64,000 nt of DNA from Moniliella sp. 'wahieum' (Eukaryota). Location of the stretch: NCBI GenBank assembly GCA_003971905.1, contig RSEE01000007.1, positions 744,001 to 808,000 of the forward strand, written 5' to 3'. Shown piece after piece: positions 26,517-38,600 of this stretch. The number at the start of each line of letters is the position of its first letter. Position 1 is the first letter of the stretch. Below the pieces are notes generated by a model that worked only from the letters and a program-made list of their open reading frames with translations, had not been told where the DNA came from and searched no databases. The translations under genes and the position numbers were made by a program.

Positions 26517-29500
26517 ATGCCCCCGCCAACGCCCACGTGTGGCAGCTCAGCCGGGGGAACAGCCCCTGCGCGCCCCCGCAAACGCCCCGCCGCGCCAACA
26601 AGCCGGCCGAGCAGCCACCCGACGCACACGACCCCCACTTCCACCAGCGCCTGTGGGAGGCCCAGTACCGCGCCGCACATGCCCCTGAGCGTGCCTTGAT
26701 TGCGCGCGCACGCCAAACGCCCGCCTCGGGCCTCCGCCGCCCAGCACCCGCCCCAGTGTCTGCTCCATCCGCCTCAACCTCAACCTCAGCATCAACAACA
26801 ACCTCACCATCGACCTCAACCTCAACCTCACCATCCGCATCCGCACCCGCATCGCCCTCGTCCGACACCCGCGCCCGCTCCGTGCCCCCCTCCTCCCCCG
26901 CCACCCCCACTCATCCCCGCCGCACCCAAACGCTGAGGCCAGCCGGCACCCCATCCGCCTCGGCCGCACCCACCAGCGTCCCTCGTCCCCCCGCCCCCAC
27001 GCTTCCCGCGCCCTCGTCGTCTCCGTCCACGATGTCGCCCCCTCGCACCGCCCCACCACCGCCCACCGCCTTGTCCCGCCGTACATCGCCCACGCACAAG
27101 AGCGATGCGGTGGGGGAGGCACCGCGCCCGCTGCCGCCTAGCTGGCGCAGGAACAAGCAGACGCACCTGACGACGCCTTCCTTGCCCTCGCTCACCACCT
27201 CTCTGCCCCCCCCACTCCGTCGAAGGGGGTGCACACCGCCCCTTCTTCCCCCAGTCGGAGTGTCCCGACGTTGACCCCGATCCACCCCTCCTCCACTCAC
27301 TCGACCTCGAACCTTCGGCCCCGGAGCACGTTGCCGCCCACACCCCGCATTGGCACCCCCGCCAGCACAGCACGCTCCCCTTGGTCGTCGGGGCTGCTGG
27401 AAGAGGAGGGAAGCTACACGAGCGAAGGCTCGGCGTACTCGGACCTGGACTCGTCCGACTCCGAGTCAGACATGGACACGGGCAGTCCAACGGTGCGTTG
27501 GTCGGCGTACCAGGCGCAGATCGAACATCGTCTCGTCGATGATGACCGCCACCACGGCCATGATGGTGAGAGGGAGGTGGGGGATGTGGTGCTGCATGGC
27601 CCAGCGGGCGGCGTCGCTTCCTCCCGCCGTCCGCCCGAGTACGACACGGGCGGTATATCTGGCCAGGAAAGCAAGATTACCTGGGTGCCACGCAAACCTG
27701 TCCCCTCCCGTTCCGTCGTTCCGGGCGAGGGGAGGCGGAGGAGACCGGGGAGGATGAGGTGGTGGGCAGTGCCAGTTCGCTGGTGGTGCATGCGCGCTTT
27801 GCCATGTTTGCCGTGTCGGGTCCGACGGTGCTACGGCCCACAACCATAAAGTCAAAATCTTGCGTGCTGGCACGGTGCGTGCCGAAGTGGCCGGTCTGAG
27901 CGAGCCCACTCGGTTGGCCAGTACCCCCACCAGCGCGGCTGGCAGTACAGCCAGTCTTGCCAACGCGCCCGAGAAGGTAGCTACGATCCAAGACCCGGAC
28001 CTTGTGCTGCAGGGGCGTGTGACGGCGCTGTGCTTCCTACGACCTACGGGGACAGAGGAAAGTGCTCGGTATGCATGGGTGGGCACGACGAGCGGGATGC
28101 TGTGGGAGCTGGATGTGGTCAATGAGGTGCGTACTGCACTCAACCGTGGGGTGCACAATGTGCCGATTGTCCGCATCTCGCGCTTGGGCGATCGCATCCT
28201 GGTTGTGGACGAGGGAGGCAAAATGTCCATCTGGTCGCCCTGGCGAGCCAACGCAGACAATTCGGCTAGCGCCCCACCGCGCTCTTCGTTGGGATTGGGA
28301 GACAAAACGGCGTCTGCCCGGGGTAGCACCGAACAGACGCAGGATAAAGAGGAGGGCAGCCTCCCATCCTCCCGCCTCTCTGGCGGACTGACGGACAAGC
28401 CGTCTGCCGAGAAGAGTTCCGATCGGACCTCTTCCACCCGCATGCTCACCACCACCCCTGTCATCCAGAAGTTTCCCGTCGAGGGGAAACACGTTGTGCC
28501 GCTGCTGGTGGGGGATCAGTTGTGGGTGGCAACGGGCGGGGCGACGCTGGGTACCTACCATGCGTCGGAGCCTGGCAGTACGGCACAAGGATCGGGTCAC
28601 CGCCACAAACATTCCCTCCACCGCTCCATCCGTAAAAGTTTGCGCCGTGCGGCCGACCTCGCGTTTCATGGCCCGGGAGATCACACGCCTGCCTTTACCC
28701 CCAACCTGCGCGACATTCGCCTGCAGATCTTCACGCCCCTTGCCAGTGCCAATGACGACCCGAGCAAGGCGCTGCCGGCACCTCCCCTCTTGCCTTCTAT
28801 CGTGGCGGGGGTGATGATCGGTCCAGCCACGGCGGCAGCCACGGTGCCCTGCTCCCCTGCCACCGTCTTCATCTCGCATACGACAGGCCATGTAAGTTCA
28901 CCTGCTCCTTGGCCCTTTTTGTCTCTGTATCCTGTCCTGCAGGCCTTCATCCCTAGCTTCTTCCATAAGACGCTCTACTGACTGGCCCTCCAGATCTCCG
29001 AATGGTCCCGCACGTCGTACCAGTGTGTAGCGGTGCACCAAAACGCATTGGATGCGATCCTGTGTATGACGGCTGCCGGACGGTACCTCTGGGCCGGGAC
29101 AAAGGGAGGCAAGATCTTGGTTTGGCCTGGCGGAGCAGAAAGAGCGCGCGCCAGCGTGCCGGTTGGTGGTGGTCAAATCCTGGGTGGCGCATGGCGGCAA
29201 CCCCGTTACGCGACTCGTAACGGACCCCGATGGCATTGCGCTCGGTCGACTGCAGGTCGTGAGCGGCGGGATGGACGGAGCGGTGAGGGTATGGGATGGG
29301 CTGTTGACGCACGATTGGTTTGAGCGTCGCATTGGCCGCTCCTTGCCGCACGTGGCTACCTCGCGCACCATCCGCACGCTCCATGTGACGTACAATGTCG
29401 ATGCGGCCGATCCGCTGCTTCTCCAAAGTCCCAAGGGCAAAACGGAGAACCGGGAATTTCTACAGGACCTTCTTCGAAGTGCTGGACACGCGCCGCCGGT

Positions 29501-30928
29501 AACGATGACGACGCGTGCCACAGAGTCAATCAAGCCGGTTGGCCCCGAGGTGATTGTGTTTGGGTTGCAGGAACTGATTGATCTGGAAGACAAGCGATTG
29601 ACAGCGAAAAGTTTTGTTGGGCAAGAAGTCGACGACCAACAAGAAACCCGTGGGCAACGACGTGGGCGACCGCATCTCGCACCAATATGCCGCCTGGCGC
29701 ACCGCGCTCATCACCGCCGTCGCCGACATGTTTGGGCAGGGCAAGTACGAGCTGGTGCAGTCCGAGTTGCTAGTGGGCCTGATGACGTGCGTGTTTGTCT
29801 CGGTGCAAGAGATTCGCGCCGGCACCTGTCCGAAGCGGCGGTGGGAACGGTCAAGACCGGCTTTGGAGGTCGGTACGGCAACAAGGGCGCTGTGGCAGCG
29901 CGCGTCGTGCTCGACGATACAAGCTTGTGCTTTGTCAATTGTCATTTGGCCGCCGGCCAACGCCACGTCCAAGCGCGCAACACTGATGCCGCTACCATTC
30001 TCACCGCACCCAAACTCTTCCCCAAAAGCGCCGCGGCCGCCAGCACGCTCCCGCCCGGACCCCACACCGCCCCCGGACCCATTCCCCCGGCACTGCGTCG
30101 CACCCTCGCCTTTACCCGCGGCGGCGACGGCGAGCAAATCTTGGATCACGACATTGTCTTTTGGAGCGGCGATCTGAACTGTGCGTCCCTTGCCCCTTGT
30201 CCCTTCCCCCTTGTCCCTTTGCTTTGCTCTTTGCCCTTTCGCCTGTGGTGACGAGAAATGTAGCGCTAACATCGGGATCGCGTCTGGTAGATCGGATCGA
30301 CCTTACGCGAAACGAGACGCTGGGGTACCTGCACACTGGCAACCTCGCCGCTCTTCGAGATGTGGACCAGTTGGGCAGCCAAACTTGTGGCAATGCGAGT
30401 TTTGCGCTGCGCGGGTTTGTCGAAGCGCCAATCGGGTTTGCGCCGACGTACAAGTACAACCACCTGTCTTGCGAGTACGACACGTCGAGCAAGCAACGTG
30501 TGCCGGCGTGGTGCGATCGGATCCTGTGGTGCGATGCTGGGGCGACGTTCCCGTCGAGGTGCGTGCGCGAGCACGACGCAGCGGACGACAAGTTGGTGGA
30601 GCAGGTGCTGGGTGCGGCATCGACGCCCGTGCCAGCTCGCGAGCCGGCGTTACGGCCGCGGCCGCAGTCGGTGCAGGGCCACAGCTACCGCTCCTGGCCC
30701 GCTAGCATCTCGGACCACCGCCCCGTGTCGAGCCAGTTTGATGTGCGCGTGCAGCGCATCGAGCCGGGCAAGCTGGCTCGGCTGCTGCCGCGCTTGCGCC
30801 AAGAGTGGGCAGTGGTCCAGGCCGCGCGGCTGGACGAGGCCAAGCTTTTACCACACCAGCATCCCCAGCTAACTACCCCACGCGGTCCCCTCCCTGTCCT
30901 GCTCCTTTGCCCTTCTATGGCGCGGTAG
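26517..30928 (+). CDS. Inositol polyphosphate 5-phosphatase with low-complexity N-terminus and WD40-like region
   Basis: VFGLQELIDLE, GNKGAVAAR, FVNCHLAAGQ, VFWSGDLN, FAPTYKY, RVPAWCDRILW, SDHRPVS. The start is uncertain. Confidence 0.92.
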
Positions 30929-31061
30929 CCCCTCGAGGCGCGGATCGGTTGTATGTTGCTTGCATGTGTATATGTATAGATGGACATGGATCGGAAGTTC
31001 CCCCCCCCTCCATCCACGTCCGCGTGCGCTGTGCGCCGTGGGCCCCAACCCCCATAGTGCC

Positions 31062-33691
31062 TTAGATCTCGCCGGCCTCCTGCGCCTCGAGGAAACTTTG
31101 GTGGAGCCGGACCTGGCCTTGAACTCTTTATCGAGCGCCTTGCGGCGCGACTTGGACAAGGCTTCGCCCTGGGCATCGGTGAGCGGGATGCCCTGGTCGT
31201 CGTACGTGGCATACTTGGTGCTGGCATCGGGGGCGGAGCGGAACAAGTCGGCCGGGGGCGTGCGACCTTTTTGCCAGAGAGCCAACTGCTTGGCGCGCGC
31301 GGCCTGTTGCGCAGCCTGTTTACGCGCGACTTTGTCCTGTGCCGCCTGCTCGCGCGCCGCGCGCGCCGCCCGCAGCTCCGCCGGCGGCACAAACTTGACC
31401 AACGCCGGACCCGTCGTGCTGTCCTCCAACGTCACCCCCAGCTCGTCCAGACGGCCATCGTCTCGTACCCGGTCGCACAGCGCCAGCAGTTCCTTGGCAA
31501 GGCGGCCGGCTCGGTCGTGCGCGCCAGCGCACGCACCTCGTCCCGGAACTGCGACAGCAGCGTCACGTACGGCGCGACCAGCTGTTCTTTATCGACCGTT
31601 GATGTGGATGCGGAGGCGGAGGCGCTCCGCTCGCCGCCCCGTCGTCGCCCGTCGGCCGGCGCAACGCCCCAGCCAAACTGCGTCTCGGTGGGGACGGGTA
31701 GGTGAGGCCCAAGATGGAGAAGAGGTGGGTCATCCAGTGCACGACCGACAGCAGCGTGGCATGTGCACGTGCACGGCCACGGGCAGGTTGGGCTTGTTGC
31801 CACTGTCGAGGTACACGTTGGTCTCGCCAATCAAGTCGCGGACCAACGCAGCGCGAGCGGCGTATCAAAGTTGTCCGCCAACGCGAGGCGCACGGCATGC
31901 TGGGTGCGACCCAGCGCGGCTGCCAAGCTACTTTCGCGGTGCGTGTAGCCATGCGTGATGCCCTCCCCGCTGGGCAGGGAGGGTCGAGCGCTTGGGCCTG
32001 CGCCGTGGCGTCCGACCCGGCCGCCTGTTGCGCGGCCAACACACGCGCGCGCACGGTACGGAACAAGTTGTCCGTCGCGGCCTCGAACCGGCGCACCTCA
32101 TCAATCGCCTTGGCACTAAAGTCCATCCTGCGGTCCCACGGCTGGAAGAGGAACGCAAGACGCAATTGGCGAGGGCTGTACTGGGCCAAGGCATCGTCGA
32201 CCGAGATAAAGTTCTTGAGCGACTTGGACATCTTGGCGCCTTCAATGTGCAGGTGGCCCGTGTGGAGGAAATAGTTGATCCACTGGTACGTGCCGTGGTA
32301 CGCCTCGCTTTGCGCCAGCTCATTGTCGTGGTGCGGGAACTTGAGGTCCTCCCCGCCGGAATGAATGTCAATTTTCGGACCAAACACGCGCTGGCCATGA
32401 CACTGCACTCAATGTGCCATCCTGGCCGGCCAGGACCCCAGGGCGACGGCCACGCCGGCTCGCCGGGCTTGCTGCTCTTCCACAGTGCAAAGTCCGCTGC
32501 ACTCTTCTTGCCCCGGGTCTGGGCCGCGCCCACCGACAGACTGCCCTCGCCCTCGGCAAGCAGCGCCGAATCCGTCTTGCTCGCGGGCCAACTTGGCGTA
32601 CACGTGGTGCAACGCGTGCACTGTGTGTGTTGGCACGATGCGCCTTGCGCTTGGCCTTCGACCTGCGCTGCGCCACGGGTCCACCGCCGCCCCATCAAAC
32701 GCACGCACATCAAACCACACATTGCCCGCCGCGTCGGCATAGCCAAACCCGCGCTCTACAATCCGCTCCACAAACGACACGATCTCCGGCACGTACTCGC
32801 TGACCCGGGTCAGTGTCGTCGGACGCTCCACATTGAGCCGCGCCATGTCGTGGAAAAATGCCGCTTCCCACCGGGCGGCCAAGGCGCGGAAAATCGCAGG
32901 ATCCGTCACGCTTGCCCCCTTGGCCGCATCCAAGTACGGCGCCAACACATCCCCGCCGCCGTGTGCAGCGCACTGGCATCCTCCCCGGCTGGCGCCAGCT
33001 TGGCTGCCAACAGCCATCGCGCGCCGACTGGACAGCAGTCAGATGCATCTTGAGCTTGGCGCTGCTCTCGGCGTTGGCTGGGGTGCCGTCGGCTTGGTCA
33101 ACGGCGTTTGGCCAGGGCTCTGCTCGTGGGCGGCATGGGCGGTACGGACGGCTTCGAAGATCGCTTCGGGATCGGGCGTCGACTCGTGCGGCGGCGGTGT
33201 GGTCCAGGCAGCAAGGTGGGTGAGCGTGTAGGCATCGGTCGCGCGCTGGACTTGGTCTAGCAGGGCCGGGGAAAGCGTAGCGGCAGTGCGGTTTTCAGTG
33301 AGGAGGAACTGCTGGCGGGCACGCAGGATGATCTTGTCATCATGTCGGTGATGTTCATGGCAAAGTGCACGTCAAAGCCAAAATAGTCGCGGAGGATGCG
33401 GCGGATGATGTCCTGGGTCACATAGTTGCGTGCATGGCCCATGTGCGACGCATCGTACACCGTCGGCCCGCAGTTGTACCACGTCACGACGCCGTCAGGG
33501 CGGACGGGGACAAAAGTCCTTGGAGCGCGTCAGGCTGTTCTGCATACGCAGCGGCACGGGCACCGGCGCTGGCGCGTGCGGGCGCAGCCAGGGGGCTGGG
33601 CAGCACTCATGGCGGTGGCGGAGGTGCTGAGCAAGCGGCGGGGAAGGAGGTGGAGGGCGAGCGGAGAAGAAGAGAAGAACCCGTGGCTCAT
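31062..33691 (-). CDS. CRS1: Cysteinyl-tRNA synthetase (two in-frame ATGs, 33691 and 33610)
   Basis: [70 protein letters not shown]. Confidence 0.97.
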
Positions 33692-33926
33692 CAACCGACG
33701 CAGCAGCCGCGTCGACGGAGAGGAGAGGCGGTGTGGTGGTGGTGGTGGTGGCCAGCAAAATTCTTCCGCCCTCGACGTCGCCGAGCAGCGGAGAGAAATG
33801 ATCGATGGCTTCGATGACTCACCGCCGCCAATTGGGGCATCACGTGATCCGGCGCCGCTTCTCTCGCCGGCGCCGTCTGTCTGCGCGCCTGCTTGGCCGC
33901 CGCGCACACCACCGCCAGTGGCGACG

Positions 33927-34917
33927 ATGGCTGGGCTGCGCTCTGCGGTGGGCATGCCGCCGCCCGTTCTGGCCTCGCCTCGCCGCTTCGTGTGCGGGCG
34001 CATGGTGTCCTCCACCGCGTCCGCCTCGGCCCCTCCCCCCGTACCCCCGCCAGCGGCCGTGCCCCTTTCGGGCGCGGGCGGCAAGGAGAGCCGGTGCGCA
34101 TCTATCGCTATGCCGTCGATGCGCACGGCCAACTTTTTCTGCACGACACGCCGGTCAAGAACATGGCGGTAAGGTAACCATCTCGCGCTTCGTCTTCACC
34201 CCGCTTGCTATGTTCTTGCCTGGGCACAGCCCCTTTGCTGTTGCTTCTCGCTGACCCGGCCCCGCTGTTGGCAGACGTGCTACAAGGACCTAGCCTTTCT
34301 TGATTTTTTCTTTGTCCGAATCAAGCCCAACCCGTACCCGGCGGCATCTCTGTCGGAATTGGTCGAAACGCTGGGCTGTGCGGACAGGAGCCCGGCCAGG
34401 ATGGCATCCCGGCATGGGACCGTCACGACTGGCCCGAGCAACTGGTATCGCACAGCTCCCCTAGTGCGACCAAGCCGAGGTGGAGCGCGTGCGGCCGCAG
34501 ATAGCCCAGCGCTGGGTACAGGTACCTGAGCCCTTGCATGGGCGAGCTGAACTTTGTCCGTCCCACTGAGCCGACGGGACGGCGGTGGTGTACCGCGACC
34601 TGGTTCCTTGCCCGAAAGCGCCCAGTGACTTGTCGCTTTTGTGGGCAGGCCGACGATTGGAGCCGTTTGAGCCAGCGCGCTTGACCCTCCATCCTGAAAC
34701 CGGACGGATCTACCACCCGTCCCCACGGCCGCTCTTGCGCGCCGGCATGCCCGTCTGCGCCCTGTCCGACTCGCTCGTCTTGCGCCACCTGGCGGACCGG
34801 TTGGAGTTGGTGGAAGAGCCAGAAGACGGACCATCTGCCGTTGCAGCTATCTGCATTGGCAAAGGAACTACTACCCTATCTCTGCCTTCGCCCCAGCGTC
34901 CCAATCAGACGGCATAG
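33927..34917 (+). CDS. C8orf82/UPF0598 (DUF4505)-like protein, probable mitochondrial presequence
   Basis: RIYRYAVDAHGQLFLHDTPVKN /intron/ TCYKDLAFLDFFFVRIKPN..YRYLSPCMGELNFV..VVYRDL..ETGRIYHP. Confidence 0.85.
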
Positions 34918-35404
34918 CACTGTGATCTCCCCGTTCGCACCATCTTCCTCGTCTTGCTACTGTATTATCCTTCTACGCCCTTCCCCCTGCAGGGCAGAAG
35001 GAAGGTTTTTGTTTTGATGGCACGCATGACCGGCACGAGTACAATCATTTCTGCGGGAGCTTCAGTTGAAGCCTGCTGCAGAGGCAAGGTGCCATGGTGA
35101 TACATAGGTACAGTGGGGTGTGCAGACACCAATGCAGATGCGAGGGAGACGGAACAATGATCAGGAGGGAGAAGGAGAAGGCCACGCCCGAGAAACAACA
35201 TCAACGCCAATGCCAATATGGTATGACCCTGTGGTCCACACAGGATATAGAAGTCAGGAGCGGGGAAAGGGGAGGGGCAGAAAAGAAAATGGCGGGGAGA
35301 CCGGTGCCCCGATGGGCGACACACGGTGGAGCAGCGTGGCGAGTGCGGATGAAGGGTTTGCCTGGAGGGGGATCCGAAGGAACAAGGTTGGAGAGCAAGC
35401 CACC

Positions 35405-35686
35405 CTAATGTCTTGATTGCAAGGTCCAGCCTTGGGTGAATGCAGGAAGTTGAGATGATGTGGATCGAGAGTGGAAGGGGGGGCGCGAGGGGGCTTGTTC
35501 AGCAATGCTTCGTCTGCTTGACAAGGCCGAGGAGAGGTCTTCAAGATGGCGATGGGGCCAGAGAGGACCGTTATCGGGAGCACCGGGGCGGCAAGCGAGG
35601 AAGAAGCCGCAGTTCTTGCACCGCTCCCAGTAGTAACTCACATTGTACTTGCAGTTTGGGCACCGGAGCTGAACGCCGCCAGACAT
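35405..35686 (-). CDS. Small zinc-ribbon protein A (C-x2-C-x10-C-x2-C)
   Basis: MSGGVQLRCPNCKYNVSYYWERCKNCGFFL; ATG preceded by CTGCAG|CTCAACC and a pyrimidine-rich leader. The C-terminus may be affected by indels. Confidence 0.6.
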   Translation of the reverse strand: MSGGVQLRCPNCKYNVSYYWERCKNCGFFLACRPGAPDNGPLWPHRHLEDLSSALSSRRSIAEQAPSRPPFHSRSTSSQLPAFTQGWTLQSRH

Positions 35687-38600
35687 GGTTGAGCTGCAGT
35701 AGGAGAGGCGGGCTGGGTCGGGGGGTTGGGTGGGTTGGTTGGGTTGAGTTGGGGTGGGGGGCAGAAGGCACGCGTGCGTCGAAGTGGGGAGCGAAGGAGA
35801 CAGCCAGGGGTGGAGGCGGTAGGTAAGGCCTCAACAAAGGAGGCGGATCGGCCAGGGACAGAAAAAGAGAAGCGAGACGGAGGGGGCGCTGGGCAGCGCC
35901 TTTAACCAGCGGGCAGTCGGGCAAGTCCGGGGGAGAGAGGGGGGACTGTGCACAGCACTGTACCTGACACTGGCGCCGTGCTGCGATGGTGCCAGGCTGA
36001 GCGCTCGGTGCGCTGCCTCAGCGAGGCTCAGCGCCCGGCCCTCAGCGGCGCAACGCGTCGCACGCACGGCGTACTGGCGCCGACAACCGTCGAGTATGGC
36101 TACCCCAGGGCGCAGGCTCAGCGCGCAGCCGCCCACGCCGCTCTCGGCTGTGGGGGTGTGGGGCTGTGGAGTGCGGGGATGCCAAGCGAAAAAGAGGAAA
36201 GAGGGGGCAGCGCAGGCGAGCTGCCGCAGTGCAGCAGCTCGCGCCGTTTTCGTTTCCGGCACCACAAATCCACACGGCGTGTATTGTCCTAGGAGCAGAG
36301 GGTACGTGGCAGTCCCACGAGGGACGGGGTGCTGGGTGCGATTGGGAAGGTGCTATCCCCCCACACCGCCTCCCTGCCCCGCGGCCCGTCGCGCCGCAGC
36401 TCCCGATTAATCCCACGGTTGAGCGTTGGCTCATAATTGTTGCCCCAGACGAGAGGTGCGCCCACCGTGCCATTGTACTGCTTCGCCCATCGTTCGCCAG
36501 CTACGCGTCCAACGCTGCTCAAGCTTTAGTACCTTGAAAAGGCTTCCAGGTGACGGGGGTGAATCATCCGCCACCGTGTCGCTCTGCGCAGAGAAGCATC
36601 ACGCATCGGCATCCATTGTCAATTGTGCTTGTCTCCGGCTGCGGCTGCGGAAAACAAGGGCCAACAGACGGTGGAAATGAGGCGGTGGAGATGAGACGTT
36701 GGGGGACGCTGAGGCTGAGCGCTGAACGAACGTTGCAACGTCCAACGCCGCGCTAGCGTTGGATGGCGGGGGGCGCGAGTGTGGAGAGTCTCTCCGTCGC
36801 GGGTTGTGGGGCGGAAAGGGGCGGAGATGGAATGATGGGTGATAATCGATAATGTTAGCAAGAGGGGAGGGGCGGGGTAAGCACCGGTGAGTGTGGCATC
36901 GTGGTAGTAGCACCTAGTAGGCTCTCGGACTACGTAGCAGTCTCGGGAGCTAAACAAGTGGAACATGGTCCTCCAGGAGAACCTAATAGCGGCCCTGTCA
37001 CCAGTCACTAGTGTCACTCACTCTCGAGCTGATGGTACGCAACTCCGAGCCGGCGCTGCTGCGGACTGCGACTCCAAAAGAAGCTGCACTGCCACTTTTT
37101 CTTGTCCATGCCCATCTCCATTCCTCGCCGGGCCCATCGGACATCCATCGAGAGACGCGATGAAACATCTCGCAGCTTCAGCACTCTGCTTTTGCGTCAT
37201 CTATCACATACGTCATGCAGAGTGCCGCGAGCGCGCGAGCATCACGCAGGGGTATTATTTTACACGCCACCATATAGGAACACCACTGGAACACCCCAAT
37301 TTCCCCAGGCTGTTCGCTGCCTGAACACACCGCCTGGCAAGTAAGTCTGACACGCACTGTTGAGAGATGGCATGACATGCACGATCCAGTCCTTATTTGG
37401 GGCGGAGGAGGCTCCGAGGCTCTCCCGGAGGGCTGGGGAGAGGTCCGGTGGTGTCATTTGCGTAGCATATTATCCTCTCTTCTCTCACCAGGGGGGGTGT
37501 CTGCTTACTTTCAGTTTCCTTCAGCGGTCGTCCCATTCAAAAGTGCAGGTCCCTACCGTGGTATATAGCCTGTGGGAGAACTGCGCTACTGTTGGTACAC
37601 ACACCACTCGGCACGTGGCGCGCGCGGATGGCGGGGGCTCCCACATTTTAGGTGGGCTTCAGCGCCAAGCACACAGAAAAGGGTGTTGGAGCAGTAGGTA
37701 TTGCCCCATCTTTGGAAAACGTGACGGATGACAAGTGGCAAGGGGGAGGCTATATACGCTCTAAGTATGATGTGAAGCTTCAACTTGAAGGCTAAGCCTT
37801 ATAGCGCTAAGCATTGCCGTAGTAGACTAGGGCCTAGCCCCACCTAGTCTACGTATGGCCCAACTGCCAAGACGAGAACTTTTGCGTCTCAACCAGCGCC
37901 GGCCCATCAGCGCTGAGGCTCAGCACACAAATTGCGGAACATGATGGTCCAGACGCAATGGGGTAGTCTTTTGCGCCCCCAGCACATGGTCTCTTCCTCC
38001 TTCTTCAGTGTACATATTTTGTACATGATGCTTGATGGAAGCAATAGATATGTTTTCCCTCCGTTCTTCTGTTGTTTTCCTCTTGTTGTTCGGCCCCACC
38101 GTGCATTTCCGAATCGCTTGTTGTTTTTTGTAGTTGGCCTCAGAGCACATGTGTGCAGTGGGTTAATTGTATGGTAGAGAGTCCGTGCGGGCGTTTTCCT
38201 GTTGAATTCATTCGAAGCAGGAGATGGGAAAAGAGATGTGAACAAAAAGTAAATGCACACCACTGACAGTGACCTGGCCCGTAGCTGAGAGACTCTCGGC
38301 CCAGGTCCCACAGGTCCAAGCGTACATGTTCGTGGATTTAGACGCGAAAAGGAGGAATACAGCCATGGATGTTCACAGGGTTGTATGAGGGCAACAGCCA
38401 TTGACGTAGTCACAGCCCCTGTACAGCATTCTTTCGATGTTACATGTTATAGGAACAGGAGGGGTGCGCACTACGAGTGATGCAACGCATATACGGAAGC
38501 CAATCATGTGGTGCACATTCGCTGTTGCACACTAAGGGTTGTATTGGTTTCTTCTTATAAGTATACCTAAGAGCCTGTGTCTCTCCCCTGGTGCCTTTCG

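Noticed and set aside
12688..33691. Pseudogene cluster or widespread programmed frameshifting
   Set aside because: The genes are essential with undecayed motifs, and the LTR comparison shows the same 1-nt dropouts, so sequencing error is the simpler explanation.
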